The notes under the pieces are model-generated. The model was not told where the DNA came from. It did not search any database and was given only the letters and a program-made list of their open reading frames with translations. Positions 19,636 through 29,205 of a stretch of 64,000 nucleotides of DNA are shown piece after piece; position 1 is the first letter of the stretch, and each line of letters starts with the position of its first letter. The translations under genes and the position numbers were made by a program. The DNA comes from a virus: positions 1 through 64,000 of the IMG/VR virus record IMGVR_UViG_3300035181_000829; one strand, written 5' to 3'.

Positions 19636-20084
19636 GACGCCACCATCCCGTTCTTCACCATGATTTCGGTGGACAAGTCCATGATCAACGAAATCGGCAT
19701 CGCCGTGATGCAGTCACGGGACACGGAGACAGAAAAGGTGCCATCGCCATTCGGCACGGTTTCGGTGGCGTATTTGATCGGCACGCCGTTCTCGCCGATA
19801 TAGTTATCCCAGCCCTTCAAGCCCCTACGAACAACTTCGTAGGCGCGGGCGGTCGGCTGCGGAATCAGCGTGGCAACGCCATCGACAAGCTTGGCGTTTT
19901 GCACCATGTCGGTCATTTCGATCTTGTCGTTGTAGGTCAGGTTGCCGATGTAGAACACAGTCGGCTTGTCGGGCATCCGGCCAGCTTCGACTGCGGCCTT
20001 GTAATCCGGGTGGTCAGGGTGCCCCGTATCGCTGGGGTGAATGAAGCTGACCTTTTCTTTCGTGAAAACACCGTGAAGTGCCAT
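19563..20084 (-). CDS. tail assembly chaperone
   Basis: Between tail tube and tape measure; GLKGWDN motif; strong SD. Confidence 0.7.
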   Translation of the reverse strand: MALHGVFTKEKVSFIHPSDTGHPDHPDYKAAVEAGRMPDKPTVFYIGNLTYNDKIEMTDMVQNAKLVDGVATLIPQPTARAYEVVRRGLKGWDNYIGENGVPIKYATETVPNGDGTFSVSVSRDCITAMPISLIMDLSTEIMVKNGMVASPLKPKEDTEQVTAPASQNESNTQ

Positions 20085-20111
20085 AATTGCTGCCCCTCCT
20101 ATGGGCCTCTG

Positions 20112-20321
20112 CTATGGGTATGCTTTGGTTGCCGTAAGTTTTCTTACTCTTGACCCCCGAGGCATATGTTTGACCATTCCATCCGCCGCGTCCCGTGTGA
20201 GCTTGACCGCGACAGTGTAGAACATTTCTACACCCTTCTCGTCGTAAAGTCCAGTGAACTTTTCCACGAGGTAGACCGTGATTTCAAACGCTTGTCCAGA
20301 TGCCATTGGTGGGATACTCAT
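20112..20321 (-). CDS. small hypothetical protein
   Basis: VYLVEKFTG...VAVKLTRDAA...RVRKLTATK; start uncertain. Confidence 0.45.
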   Translation of the reverse strand: MSIPPMASGQAFEITVYLVEKFTGLYDEKGVEMFYTVAVKLTRDAADGMVKHMPRGSRVRKLTATKAYP

Positions 20322-20421
20322 GCCAGTGTCCAACACGATGAACGGGCAGTTCGAGAGTTGGAGCTTCCTCGGGTCAATTCCACCGAAATCATGGTTATCT
20401 CCGCTTGCAATCGATTGTAGC

Positions 20422-20452
20422 AAAAAGGGGCGAGGTTGTTTCCCCGCCCCTT
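20422..20452 (-). terminator. rho-independent terminator after the tail tube gene
   Basis: Minus strand GGGGCG-loop-CGCCCC-TTTTT. Confidence 0.75.
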
Positions 20453-20476
20453 CTCTCGCTGCCCCCTCGTTGTTCC

Positions 20477-22033
20477 TTAGCAGAACTGGACCCGGATTTC
20501 GTCATCGCCAGACCACGACACCCCGTTCAGTTGGAAGTTCGCTTGCAGCGTGGCGAGGCCGTTGCGGTCGCCGTAGGTCAGGCCCGTGTAGTTGCAGCGG
20601 TCGGCATAAAACCGGACGGTATTGCCAACATCGGTGCCGACGCGGACCGCTATCGGGAATTGCACCGACTTGGAAAAGTTTTTCCACATGCCGGTGTAAA
20701 TCTCGTAGGTCGCTTCGGGGTCAAGTTGGGCGGTCGGCGCGCGGCCCGAGATGATCGAACCGTCATAACCATCGGCCTTGTTCATGCACTCTTTCGGGTT
20801 GATGGTGTTCGCAAGCGTGATCGTAAACGCCTGTGCGCAGAAGTCGTTGTCACCCGAGATGGACATTTGGGCCAATTCCAACTGCGACGGAACAGTGGGT
20901 TCGAAGGTTGCATCAAGCGGGATTGGTTCCTCCACCGGATCGGCGTAATTGCCGGTGAACTCGAACTTGGCTTCACTGTAGTTCCCCGCCGTGCCGGTGA
21001 AGGTCACGGTGCCCGTGCAGTCGGTGATCTTGGACAGTTGTCCATCCTGATAGGCCCAAAGCGTGCCTACGAGCATCGTCACGTTGTCCGACATGGGTTG
21101 ATACATGTAGCCTGTTTCGTAAAGTTGCACGATCCATTCCTGACCAGCAACGAGGTTGCCCGTCCAAGTCGGGGTGATGGTGGCACCGCTGCTGCCAAGC
21201 GGGACCGGAGTCGTCGCGGAAGTAACGGTCACCGCCGCCGTGGCGAAAGTCACGGTGATGGCACTGCCAACAACCGTGGCAACGAGCCGGGTATCAGCAT
21301 CGATCAGTGCCGCAATCGCGGTTGCGACCGCAGCCGTGGTCGCATCGCCTGCCTGCACGGTGTAAGGGAACACGACGCCGCCGACGACAGCATACAACGT
21401 ATTGCCCGCCGTCAACGTGCCACCGACAGTGAAGACGAGCGAAGTCGGGTTCGAAGCGTTCAGCGTAAGCGTGGTCAGCGCCGAATCGTTGGACGCCGCC
21501 TCGTTCCGAGTGTTCGGAAGCACGGTCGTATCGAGTTCTCCGCTGCCCCAACGCGAAACAGCCAGCTTGGCCGTGGCACTTGCACCACCAAGCACGCAGG
21601 TCACGCGATACGAGCCGAACTTGGAAGTCGGCGCGGCGGTCTTGCCCCATGCCACAGCAGGACCGACCACGAGGCCGTTGTTGACGATTTCCCCGATCTG
21701 CGAAGCCGCGCCGGTCGTGACAAGCGTTTCTTTCCAGCCGCAGCAGCGCATAAGCGTCCCGACCTTCGGACGGGTGATACCAACATCGCCCGACGACTTG
21801 ATTTCGTGGGAAAACGTGGCCTTCATCAGCTTGCGACCGACGCCGCTCGGAATGGGCGAGAACGAGGGCCGGAAGACTTTGCGTTCCAGCTTCGTCGGAT
21901 TCAGCGCCAAGGACAAACCGGACACCAACATGGCATCGTTGAGCTTGTCGGGCGTGGCGGGCGTCCCGCGAGCCGTCTGCGGCTTGAACAGGATGAGCGT
22001 GCGTTCCGTGAGAATGTTGGGTTTAACAGCCAT
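20477..22033 (-). CDS. major tail (tube) protein with an inserted Thr/Val-rich beta domain
   Basis: 518 aa, strong codon bias, own terminator; C-terminal YGDRNG...F.L; no sheath gene nearby. Confidence 0.75.
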   Translation of the reverse strand: MAVKPNILTERTLILFKPQTARGTPATPDKLNDAMLVSGLSLALNPTKLERKVFRPSFSPIPSGVGRKLMKATFSHEIKSSGDVGITRPKVGTLMRCCGWKETLVTTGAASQIGEIVNNGLVVGPAVAWGKTAAPTSKFGSYRVTCVLGGASATAKLAVSRWGSGELDTTVLPNTRNEAASNDSALTTLTLNASNPTSLVFTVGGTLTAGNTLYAVVGGVVFPYTVQAGDATTAAVATAIAALIDADTRLVATVVGSAITVTFATAAVTVTSATTPVPLGSSGATITPTWTGNLVAGQEWIVQLYETGYMYQPMSDNVTMLVGTLWAYQDGQLSKITDCTGTVTFTGTAGNYSEAKFEFTGNYADPVEEPIPLDATFEPTVPSQLELAQMSISGDNDFCAQAFTITLANTINPKECMNKADGYDGSIISGRAPTAQLDPEATYEIYTGMWKNFSKSVQFPIAVRVGTDVGNTVRFYADRCNYTGLTYGDRNGLATLQANFQLNGVSWSGDDEIRVQFC

Positions 22034-22057
22034 GTCATTTGTCCTTTCGGTTTCTCA

Positions 22058-22540
22058 TCAAGGGGCGCCAATTCTGGCATAGGGGTTGTTGAGCCGTGTT
22101 CTGTATGTGATGAGAGTCGAGAGGACGCCACCGGGGTAGATTTCCTTGAAACCCACAATGGTTGTCGTATTGCTGTCTTCTTCGACATTTAGGGTCAAAC
22201 CCCCAATGTTATGATCGCCCAAGAGCGCATACTGTAGCAGGCCCAAATAATAGCCGTAAACATCATGCACATCAATACTTATGTTTCTGGTGAAGCGAAA
22301 CGGAAACATCACCGGAAGTTCGTAGGTGCTGACCATGCCGATCTTGGCTATTTTCTTTTCCTGCCCATAGTCAATTCCGACGCAGGGGGTGGGCGTATTG
22401 TCCACATCGGATATGTCCGAATCGTATACTTTCTGCCAAACATCGGTGCTATGGTCCTGCATCGCTTGCAGTTTGGTGACCATAGCCGCGTGAACTTGCT
22501 GGCGAATCGTGAGGCCATGATCCGAAGTAATCTGTGTCAT
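22058..22540 (-). CDS. tail terminator / completion protein
   Basis: TIRQQV...L, D..IGGL, terminal ITYRT; gene order. Confidence 0.6.
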   Translation of the reverse strand: MTQITSDHGLTIRQQVHAAMVTKLQAMQDHSTDVWQKVYDSDISDVDNTPTPCVGIDYGQEKKIAKIGMVSTYELPVMFPFRFTRNISIDVHDVYGYYLGLLQYALLGDHNIGGLTLNVEEDSNTTTIVGFKEIYPGGVLSTLITYRTRLNNPYARIGAP

Positions 22541-23196
22541 TTCGCGATCCTTGCTATAGCGGCCAAGTCGATTGTTGCCATCTCAGTCATAAGGATAGCT
22601 CCGATTTCTGCACCGAGCTTGCCCTTTTGGCCTTCCCATGCACGATCAAGGAACCCCTTGTATTTCCGTAGCTGCACCTTATCAACAAACATATAAAGCA
22701 GTATCAGATCGCCAGCCGCGCTCTTGTAGGCAATGTATGACTTACCCGTTTTCTTCGAGCGAAAGATGAAAGTGCCAACGTTACGCCAGCTATTCGGACC
22801 ACCAAGCTTCGGTGTGCCATCCGCACGCAATGCAGCCGGTAGGGGTATGGTCAGCGCCGCCGCCTCGCTCGGGAAGATAGTTGACCCTACGTTGTGTGCC
22901 TTGGCCGATACCGGGCCATATATGTAAGCGCGAATGTCATTGAAGTTAGAACCGAATGCCCGCGCGCCGGAAATAAGTGCTTTCTGCATCTGCCCGGTGC
23001 GGTAGGGCGCTGAACCATCGGCATAAGCCGCGACAACCATATCGACAAGTGCCTGCTTTAGCGCATCGCGCACAAGAGCCGACATTCGGGATTCAGCCTG
23101 TCCGCTATACGTTATCCACGAACGGACAGGTCCGAACATCTCTGCGATGACCGGACCAAGGGGAACAATGAATACCTGAGTGTTGCTAGGTGCCAT
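22537..23196 (-). CDS. neck / head-tail joining protein (HK97 gp10-like)
   Basis: APYRTG.M, AKAHNVG.TI.P...LTIPL, FLDRA; gene order. Confidence 0.6.
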   Translation of the reverse strand: MAPSNTQVFIVPLGPVIAEMFGPVRSWITYSGQAESRMSALVRDALKQALVDMVVAAYADGSAPYRTGQMQKALISGARAFGSNFNDIRAYIYGPVSAKAHNVGSTIFPSEAAALTIPLPAALRADGTPKLGGPNSWRNVGTFIFRSKKTGKSYIAYKSAAGDLILLYMFVDKVQLRKYKGFLDRAWEGQKGKLGAEIGAILMTEMATIDLAAIARIAK

Positions 23197-23846
23197 TACC
23201 GCATCCCAAGTAGGCGCACTTCTCCCCGCAGAAGGGCTGCGGATTCGGGGATAAGGCCACTCGCATTGACGTGATACTTGACTAGGTTGTTCCGACCGGA
23301 GCGCGCTTGGTCCTCGCCTGCCGATTGGTTCACTTGCCTCTTGATGCTGAATGCTGCCTGCACGGCACATGCTGCCTTGATGTTCCGCGAAACAAGAAGG
23401 AGGTCAGTATCCGTAGCATCGGGCAGGTAACCGGCGTAATAGTCGATCTTCAAACTCCGCTCGGTGAAGAACGTATCACCGGGGTATAGCACGATCTGGT
23501 TGCGCGCATAGTCAACCTGATAATAGCTCGTAAGAAGCGGAATTGCGTTCGCCCAATCGCCGAATTGACTATATGTGACGATGGGCATTTTTGCGGGGTC
23601 GATTGGCCGCTCGTCCAGCGTAATCTTGTTCACTTGCCGCCCGATGGACAGCACAACGTCTGTGCGCGAGACGGACGCATACTGCGTGTAAGCTGCATAA
23701 TCGTAGTTCCTGCGGGTATACGCGCGGATCAGGGCCGTTGCGTCCATAATCGCGTCGGTGAACATATCGTCCCGCCCGGTATAGCTGATCGACAGGTCCA
23801 TCCGGCTCTTAACGTCTTGGATGGTGCAGAACTTGTTTACCGGCAT
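23196..23846 (-). CDS. head-tail adaptor (gp6-like)
   Basis: CTIQDVKSRM, I..ATALIRAYTRR, IDYYAGY, IKAAC. Confidence 0.75.
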   Translation of the reverse strand: MPVNKFCTIQDVKSRMDLSISYTGRDDMFTDAIMDATALIRAYTRRNYDYAAYTQYASVSRTDVVLSIGRQVNKITLDERPIDPAKMPIVTYSQFGDWANAIPLLTSYYQVDYARNQIVLYPGDTFFTERSLKIDYYAGYLPDATDTDLLLVSRNIKAACAVQAAFSIKRQVNQSAGEDQARSGRNNLVKYHVNASGLIPESAALLRGEVRLLGMR

Positions 23847-23872
23847 GACATTCCCCGCTGCAATCGATTGTA

Positions 23873-23893
23873 AGAGGGGGGCCGAAGCCCCCC
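23873..23893 (-). terminator. terminator-like hairpin after the capsid operon
   Basis: GGGGGG-CTTCGG-CCCCCC with a UUCG tetraloop, weak U tract. Confidence 0.6.
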
Positions 23894-23897
23894 ACCC

Positions 23898-24206
23898 TTA
23901 GCCCGCGCGCCGCAAAGGACGCCGTTTGATGCCGGTCGGACGGCGAACAACCGCGCCGGATTGGGTTTCTTCTTCCGGGGCCGGAACCTTGCGCTTGACG
24001 GAGAAGATCGGTTTCTCGAAGACTTCGCCGTCGCGATCTTCGATCAGGTCCATCAAACCTTCGAGGACGTTCAAGACAGCTTCATCTTCCACGATCATCG
24101 GCTTGCCGTTTTCGAAACGAATGCACTCGCCGATCTTCTTCGGATGACGCAGACTGTAGACATTCCCCCGCGTGAGGGTCGCAGTATTAACAAGTCGGGT
24201 TGCCAT
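23898..24206 (-). CDS. hypothetical protein after the capsid gene, basic C-terminus
   Basis: 102 aa with SD; ends VVRRPTGIKRRPLRRAG. Confidence 0.65.
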   Translation of the reverse strand: MATRLVNTATLTRGNVYSLRHPKKIGECIRFENGKPMIVEDEAVLNVLEGLMDLIEDRDGEVFEKPIFSVKRKVPAPEEETQSGAVVRRPTGIKRRPLRRAG

Positions 24207-24296
24207 GATACGATTTGCCTTTCAGGTTTAGGGCTCTGACATGATTGGTGCGTGACGCCAGAGCCTTAATCACTGTTACTCCCGCAGGTCGGCGGA

Positions 24297-25253
24297 TCAG
24301 CCGATGTTGATGGCCTTGACGACCATGTTTTCCTGTTCAAGCTGGAAGTCGTAGCGCATCGTGAAGACGATGATCAGCACACGCTCACGGGTGTCCTTGT
24401 CAAATTCCATCCGCATGTTGCGCTGGACGCCGAACAGAAGGTTCTGCGGGTCCATCATCAGGGCGACGTTGGTGGGCATGGAGGCCGCGCCGATCAGCGG
24501 AACGCCGAAAGGAGCAAACTGCGTGCCGTTGCCGCCGATCAGCACCGAATCGCCAAGGCCGGTCTGGCGCTGCGCGACTTGCAGCATGTATTGCAGCCGG
24601 GTATTGTGCGACGTGTAAAGCTTCATACGGTTCAGGATGCGTTTGAAGCGGTCGGGCAGCGTCTGGATCATCTCGTTGAAGGTAACCGCGTCCAGCACGG
24701 CACCGCCGTTGTTGACGATATTCGAAACGGCCTGTTTCAGCACGCCATCACGTTCGGCAAGGAAGGAGTCGCCCGATCCGGTATCCCCGTTCAGCATCCC
24801 ATCTTCAATGTCGATGCGGATGCGTTCGGCCAGCTTCGCCAGCACGGTCTGCTGGAACTGGCTGGCGTCGATCTGGCCCCCTTCGATGTTGTCTTCCAGC
24901 ACTTCGTAGGGCAGGTTGACTTCGGCGATGACTTCGAAGGTGTTCAGTTCAACTTTCGACGTGGTGACCTTCACGCGGTCGGCGCGCACAAGCGCACGGG
25001 TGCCGGTCTCGCCTTGTTCCGGCGTCGAGATGGTGCCTTGGTTCGCAATGCGCAGCGCACGGGTCGCAAGGTCCAGTTTGTTCACGATCATTTTCGGACG
25101 CTGCATGTTGATCATGCGAATGTCGTCCAAGAAGGCCGTGTCCTGCGCCAGAATGCGGATGAAGTTGTTCTGCTGTTCGGGCAGCATCAGGCCCGCCGTG
25201 GTAAGGTCCGACAGCGCCATGTCGGCCTTTGCGAGCATTTCTTTCAGTTTCAT
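24297..25253 (-). CDS. major capsid protein (HK97 fold, XkdG-like)
   Basis: GLMLPEQQNNFI, YEVLEDNIEG, LNGDT, DGVLKQ, MDPQNL.FGVQR.MRME, FTMRYDF. Confidence 0.9.
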   Translation of the reverse strand: MKLKEMLAKADMALSDLTTAGLMLPEQQNNFIRILAQDTAFLDDIRMINMQRPKMIVNKLDLATRALRIANQGTISTPEQGETGTRALVRADRVKVTTSKVELNTFEVIAEVNLPYEVLEDNIEGGQIDASQFQQTVLAKLAERIRIDIEDGMLNGDTGSGDSFLAERDGVLKQAVSNIVNNGGAVLDAVTFNEMIQTLPDRFKRILNRMKLYTSHNTRLQYMLQVAQRQTGLGDSVLIGGNGTQFAPFGVPLIGAASMPTNVALMMDPQNLLFGVQRNMRMEFDKDTRERVLIIVFTMRYDFQLEQENMVVKAINIG

Positions 25254-25294
25254 GTTCTTTGGTCCTTTTGCTTGACGTTGGTCGTTGGTGCCGG

Positions 25295-26692
25295 TCAGAA
25301 CAGGTTCTTGGTCTGCTTGTTCTTCATCCACGATCTGCTATCGGGGTCAACCGGTGCAGCTTTCTTCATGGTTTCCAAGACAGCTTCGGAATCCCCTTCC
25401 GACGCAATCGCTTTCTTGGTGGGTCGCCGCGAGGCCATTGCCTCGACGGTTCCCGCGACCGCTTCGACACGCTTGGCGAGCGGATCAAGGGCCTTGGTGA
25501 TCAGGTCAGCGAACGCCGCCGGATCGGGTTGGGCCGAGGCGGTCACGACCGCCGCAGCTTTCTTCTTCGTCGGCTTCGCAACGGAAGCCTGTTCGGTGAT
25601 GTAGTCGGCATTCGATTCGGCCCACTTGTTGAGCTTCTCGATTTCATCCGCCGAATACTCTTTCGAGAGTTCTTCGGTGCCCATGCCGATGAAGTCCTCG
25701 AACATTTGGTTCAGATCGCCGACGATCTGTGCAAAGTCAGCCGCTGCCTTGCTAAGCGCGGTGCGAACATCGCCGGTGAAGTCATCGCCGAGGATGGACG
25801 TGATTGCCCCGCTGAATGCAGCCTGCACGTCACCGAAGCCGGGTGGGGTCGCATCGTATTCCATGCCGTCTTCGATGGCACCGGCCAAGGTATTGTCGTC
25901 GGTATAGGCCGCAGCCCATTGCGAGAACTTGCGGAGCTTGGTCTGCACACCCTTTTCTTGCTTGCGCTTGGCAAGAAACTCCGACTTCTTGGACGGGGCC
26001 GCAGCCGAAGCGCCCTGCGAGGAACGCGGCGTCTCGATGCCCTCACTGGTCGCCGTGGGCTTCTTCTTGCCAGAAACGGTTCCCTCGCCCGCAGCAGCCG
26101 CGCCGCCGTCTTGGTTCAGGTTGGCGTCGGTCATGTCGTCCTTGGTTTCGGTGGCAGGCGCGTCTTCTTCTTCGGCATCAGCAGCTTCCTCGGTGTCGTC
26201 TTCCGGCGCGGCGTCACTGACAACACGCTTGCCGACGAAGGCTTGCACGCCCTCCTCATCCGTGGCGACCTTCGAAACCATCTCGAACGATTCGTCGGTG
26301 GTGCCCTTCGCACGGGCGATCCAGTCGCCGTCCGCGTTCTGCACGATTTCCACGTCCGCCGAATCCCATTCGGCTTCTGCAAGATAATCAAGCACGTCCG
26401 ACTGGTCGGGGAAGTGCTCGCCATCGAACAGCATCTTTGCCATGACCGTCTCGGTCTTCTGAACAAAATCGGCTTTCTTGCCAGTGGCGACGACCTTGTG
26501 GGCCTTCGCCTCGGTCACCGCCGCGCCGGGGGCGGAACGTTTCTTGATCGCCATGTCTTTTAGTCCCTTTGTTGATTTCACTTGCTTGAAGGGGGTTTCG
26601 TTTGCCCCGCGATCCACGAGAGAAACGTAGCTGGTCTGCGCTCCGTGCAGGATACTCGCATTACGCTTCGTGTGCTTGATTACAGCTTTCAT
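25295..26692 (-). CDS. capsid scaffold-like protein carrying an N-terminal XkdF-type segment
   Basis: Acidic, Ala-rich, between protease and capsid genes; N-terminal YVSLVDRGAN; second SD and ATG (MAIKKRS) at 26554. Confidence 0.65.
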   Translation of the reverse strand: MKAVIKHTKRNASILHGAQTSYVSLVDRGANETPFKQVKSTKGLKDMAIKKRSAPGAAVTEAKAHKVVATGKKADFVQKTETVMAKMLFDGEHFPDQSDVLDYLAEAEWDSADVEIVQNADGDWIARAKGTTDESFEMVSKVATDEEGVQAFVGKRVVSDAAPEDDTEEAADAEEEDAPATETKDDMTDANLNQDGGAAAAGEGTVSGKKKPTATSEGIETPRSSQGASAAAPSKKSEFLAKRKQEKGVQTKLRKFSQWAAAYTDDNTLAGAIEDGMEYDATPPGFGDVQAAFSGAITSILGDDFTGDVRTALSKAAADFAQIVGDLNQMFEDFIGMGTEELSKEYSADEIEKLNKWAESNADYITEQASVAKPTKKKAAAVVTASAQPDPAAFADLITKALDPLAKRVEAVAGTVEAMASRRPTKKAIASEGDSEAVLETMKKAAPVDPDSRSWMKNKQTKNLF

Positions 26693-26695
26693 CGC

Positions 26696-27325
26696 TCATC
26701 TCATGTTGTAGCGGTGCGTTTTACCCGCGACCGGATCGGTGACACTTGTCTTTGAGATGGTATGAGCCGGGGAACCATCAGAGCCGAGGCCGGTCTTGCC
26801 CCACTGAATTTCACCGTTGTTGTCCATACGGACTAGAAATGGATGAACATGTTTATCATAGGAATCAGGTTCCGTAAAGCCATAATACCACGAAGCGTAT
26901 TCAATGGTAACATCGGCCTTTTCCCGGTAGGTCATAATCTCGAAGCTGTATCCGTTGAGCTTCCCGTCCTTGACCTGTTTCCATACGTCTTTGTCGTTGA
27001 TCTTGGTCGCCGCAACCCATGAACCTTCGCGGAAATCGGGATCACCTTTGCGGGCGATGAAGCTTTCAACGATGACCGCATCCACGAGTTCGTTGTCGTG
27101 CTGCACATCGATACTGGTGAGAAGCCCATCGGCCATGAAGCGGTGCGCCGTCTTGCGCAGTTCACTCGCAGTCATGAAGTGACCGTGGGCGTCTATCACA
27201 TCGGGGGCATAGACCTCACCAAGAACGATCTGTTCATCCCGCAGAACCTTTTCGATCTTGTAATGCGCGGTAGCCTTGACAATGCTGGGGGCGTGACGCA
27301 GCAATTCGCGAATTGTCTTAACCAT
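26696..27325 (-). CDS. prohead protease (XkdF-like)
   Basis: GEVYAPD..DAHGHFMT..EL...AH.F, IDVQHD, VESFIA, GSWV, W..VK.G.LNGYS. Confidence 0.88.
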   Translation of the reverse strand: MVKTIRELLRHAPSIVKATAHYKIEKVLRDEQIVLGEVYAPDVIDAHGHFMTASELRKTAHRFMADGLLTSIDVQHDNELVDAVIVESFIARKGDPDFREGSWVAATKINDKDVWKQVKDGKLNGYSFEIMTYREKADVTIEYASWYYGFTEPDSYDKHVHPFLVRMDNNGEIQWGKTGLGSDGSPAHTISKTSVTDPVAGKTHRYNMR

Positions 27326-29129
27326 CGATGACCTCCGAATCACTTGCAATCGATTGCAGCCGCTTTGCTTCAATCTGTTCAGCCATCTTTAGCATAGCGG
27401 CTTCGCTCAGTCTACGCAACATTTTCGTAACCGGGGAAACACCATCTTCTTCCGAGCCGGGAGGCGTGACCTCTGTCTCTTGCGGCATCACATCGGTTAG
27501 TTGCTGCACAATATCGGTAAGGCCGGGGACTTGACCGCCCGCCATGATTGCCGTCATACTGCTTTGGAACGGCACGTCGCCCCATTCTTCCTCGATGGGC
27601 TGAATGTCCGCGTCAAGATAACGGTTGGCAATCTTGATAGCGATGTTCGGGGTAATGGCCCCTTCCGCGCCAAGGGTGGCAACAAGGCGGGAGACTTCGG
27701 CAGGGTCCGACAGGCCGGGGCCTGCCGACCGCAAACGCCAGAAGCGGAAGTTGTGGCTTGCCAACACAAGCTGATCGAACATTTCATCCCATGCAATACG
27801 TTCGGGAATGAAAATCTGCTGGTCAGCGGTCAGCATTGATGCGAAGGCCGATGCGCGGTTATACTCGGATGCGCTGCCAATGTAGATCGGCGGAAGTCGG
27901 AAGGATGACCGGCCCTTGCGTTCTGCATCGCCGACATAGTTTTGAAACAGTCCCTCATGTTGGCGTTCAGACAGCATCGGCTTAATGTCAACCTTGGGGG
28001 CTGGCAGTGATCCATCGATTGCAGCGGCATCGGCACCCTCGGAAGTCGCTTCGAGCACCACGATCCTGTTCATGGAGGCTTGCCCGCGCACGCCAAGGAT
28101 ATATTGCTCAATCTTGTCGTAGCTTTCTTCGGTAAGCGCGCCCCCGGAGACGAGCACGGCCATTGCCGGGATTGCGTTGTCGCGGAAGAAGCCAAGGTTG
28201 ACCATTTCTGCTTCCCGCGCACCGAGAAGGGCCGGGATTGCGCCCGCCCAGCGTGGAACGCCAACCGGAATGCCGGGAGAGTAGTGTCCATCGTAGAAAA
28301 TGGACGTGGCTTCTTCCTCAATGGTCAGGTCTTCGTTGACTACTCCGCTGGTGGGATCAATGATGCGAGGGTCGCCAAATTCCTTGAACCATGTGCGCCG
28401 CCCGTATTCATCGATCTGTATGAAGCGACGGAAACGCCGGGTGAACGTCACCTTTTGACGAAGCACCGGGTCGAACATGGTTACCTCGGTCGCTTCGCGG
28501 TCCTTCATGGTCATCCGCATCGTGATCATGGGAACGTGCTCGAAGCTGACTACACGGCCAGCCGCATCCTCGATTACTTCAAAGCAACGTGCGCCGAGCA
28601 CTTCCTTGTCGATGCGGCTTTCCTCACGGTGTTTTCGCAGGGTGCGGCCATCTGTCGTGATGGTTCCGAGTAGCCGCATGATGCGCTGGCGTTCGTTCTG
28701 TGCCGCGCGGCCCATCTCTTGTCCATCCGGCCCGCAGTATTCGAGACGCAGGCCGTAGCTCTCGATGTTGGTCACATAGGAATCGACACATTGGCGCAGA
28801 ATGGTCGAAGCGTTGTAAATCTTGATCAGGTCACGGTAAGGGAACAGTGGAACAACGATCCGCATGGCATTGGACCGGAACACGTCGATACCTAGCGAGT
28901 TGCCGTCAACGTTGTCGTAACCGAGAAGGTTGAAGTCATCATGGAAAAGGCCGTAGATGCCTTTCTTCATGTTTTCCATGCTGGTGAGGCCGGAAAGGGC
29001 GGAAGTATAGCCCACCTCGGACTGGCCGGGGATTCCGCCTTCAACAATCCCCGTGCCGCTTTTCTTGCTGTTTGCCGCCGCTTTGGTAGTGGAAGGCGTA
29101 TTGATTTTGCGGACAAGCCTGCGCGCCAT
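27318..29129 (-). CDS. portal protein (PBSX XkdE-like)
   Basis: WFKEFGDPR, GVPRW, FFRDNAIP...LVSGG, SFRLPPIYIG..SEYNRASA; start MARRLV with AAGGAG SD. Confidence 0.9.
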   Translation of the reverse strand: MARRLVRKINTPSTTKAAANSKKSGTGIVEGGIPGQSEVGYTSALSGLTSMENMKKGIYGLFHDDFNLLGYDNVDGNSLGIDVFRSNAMRIVVPLFPYRDLIKIYNASTILRQCVDSYVTNIESYGLRLEYCGPDGQEMGRAAQNERQRIMRLLGTITTDGRTLRKHREESRIDKEVLGARCFEVIEDAAGRVVSFEHVPMITMRMTMKDREATEVTMFDPVLRQKVTFTRRFRRFIQIDEYGRRTWFKEFGDPRIIDPTSGVVNEDLTIEEEATSIFYDGHYSPGIPVGVPRWAGAIPALLGAREAEMVNLGFFRDNAIPAMAVLVSGGALTEESYDKIEQYILGVRGQASMNRIVVLEATSEGADAAAIDGSLPAPKVDIKPMLSERQHEGLFQNYVGDAERKGRSSFRLPPIYIGSASEYNRASAFASMLTADQQIFIPERIAWDEMFDQLVLASHNFRFWRLRSAGPGLSDPAEVSRLVATLGAEGAITPNIAIKIANRYLDADIQPIEEEWGDVPFQSSMTAIMAGGQVPGLTDIVQQLTDVMPQETEVTPPGSEEDGVSPVTKMLRRLSEAAMLKMAEQIEAKRLQSIASDSEVIDG

Positions 29130-29205
29130 ATCTGCTAACTCCTTTTGGATTAGCAGCAACTATACTCCACAACTTTTTTTGGCACAAGCTACAATCGATT
29201 GCAGG

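Noticed and set aside
264-26563. Long plus-strand ORFs (264-1478, 1475-2557, 8931-10184, 20405-22192, 24579-25604, 25229-26563)
   Set aside because: They are antisense shadows of well-supported, codon-biased minus-strand genes, with no SD or recognisable motifs.
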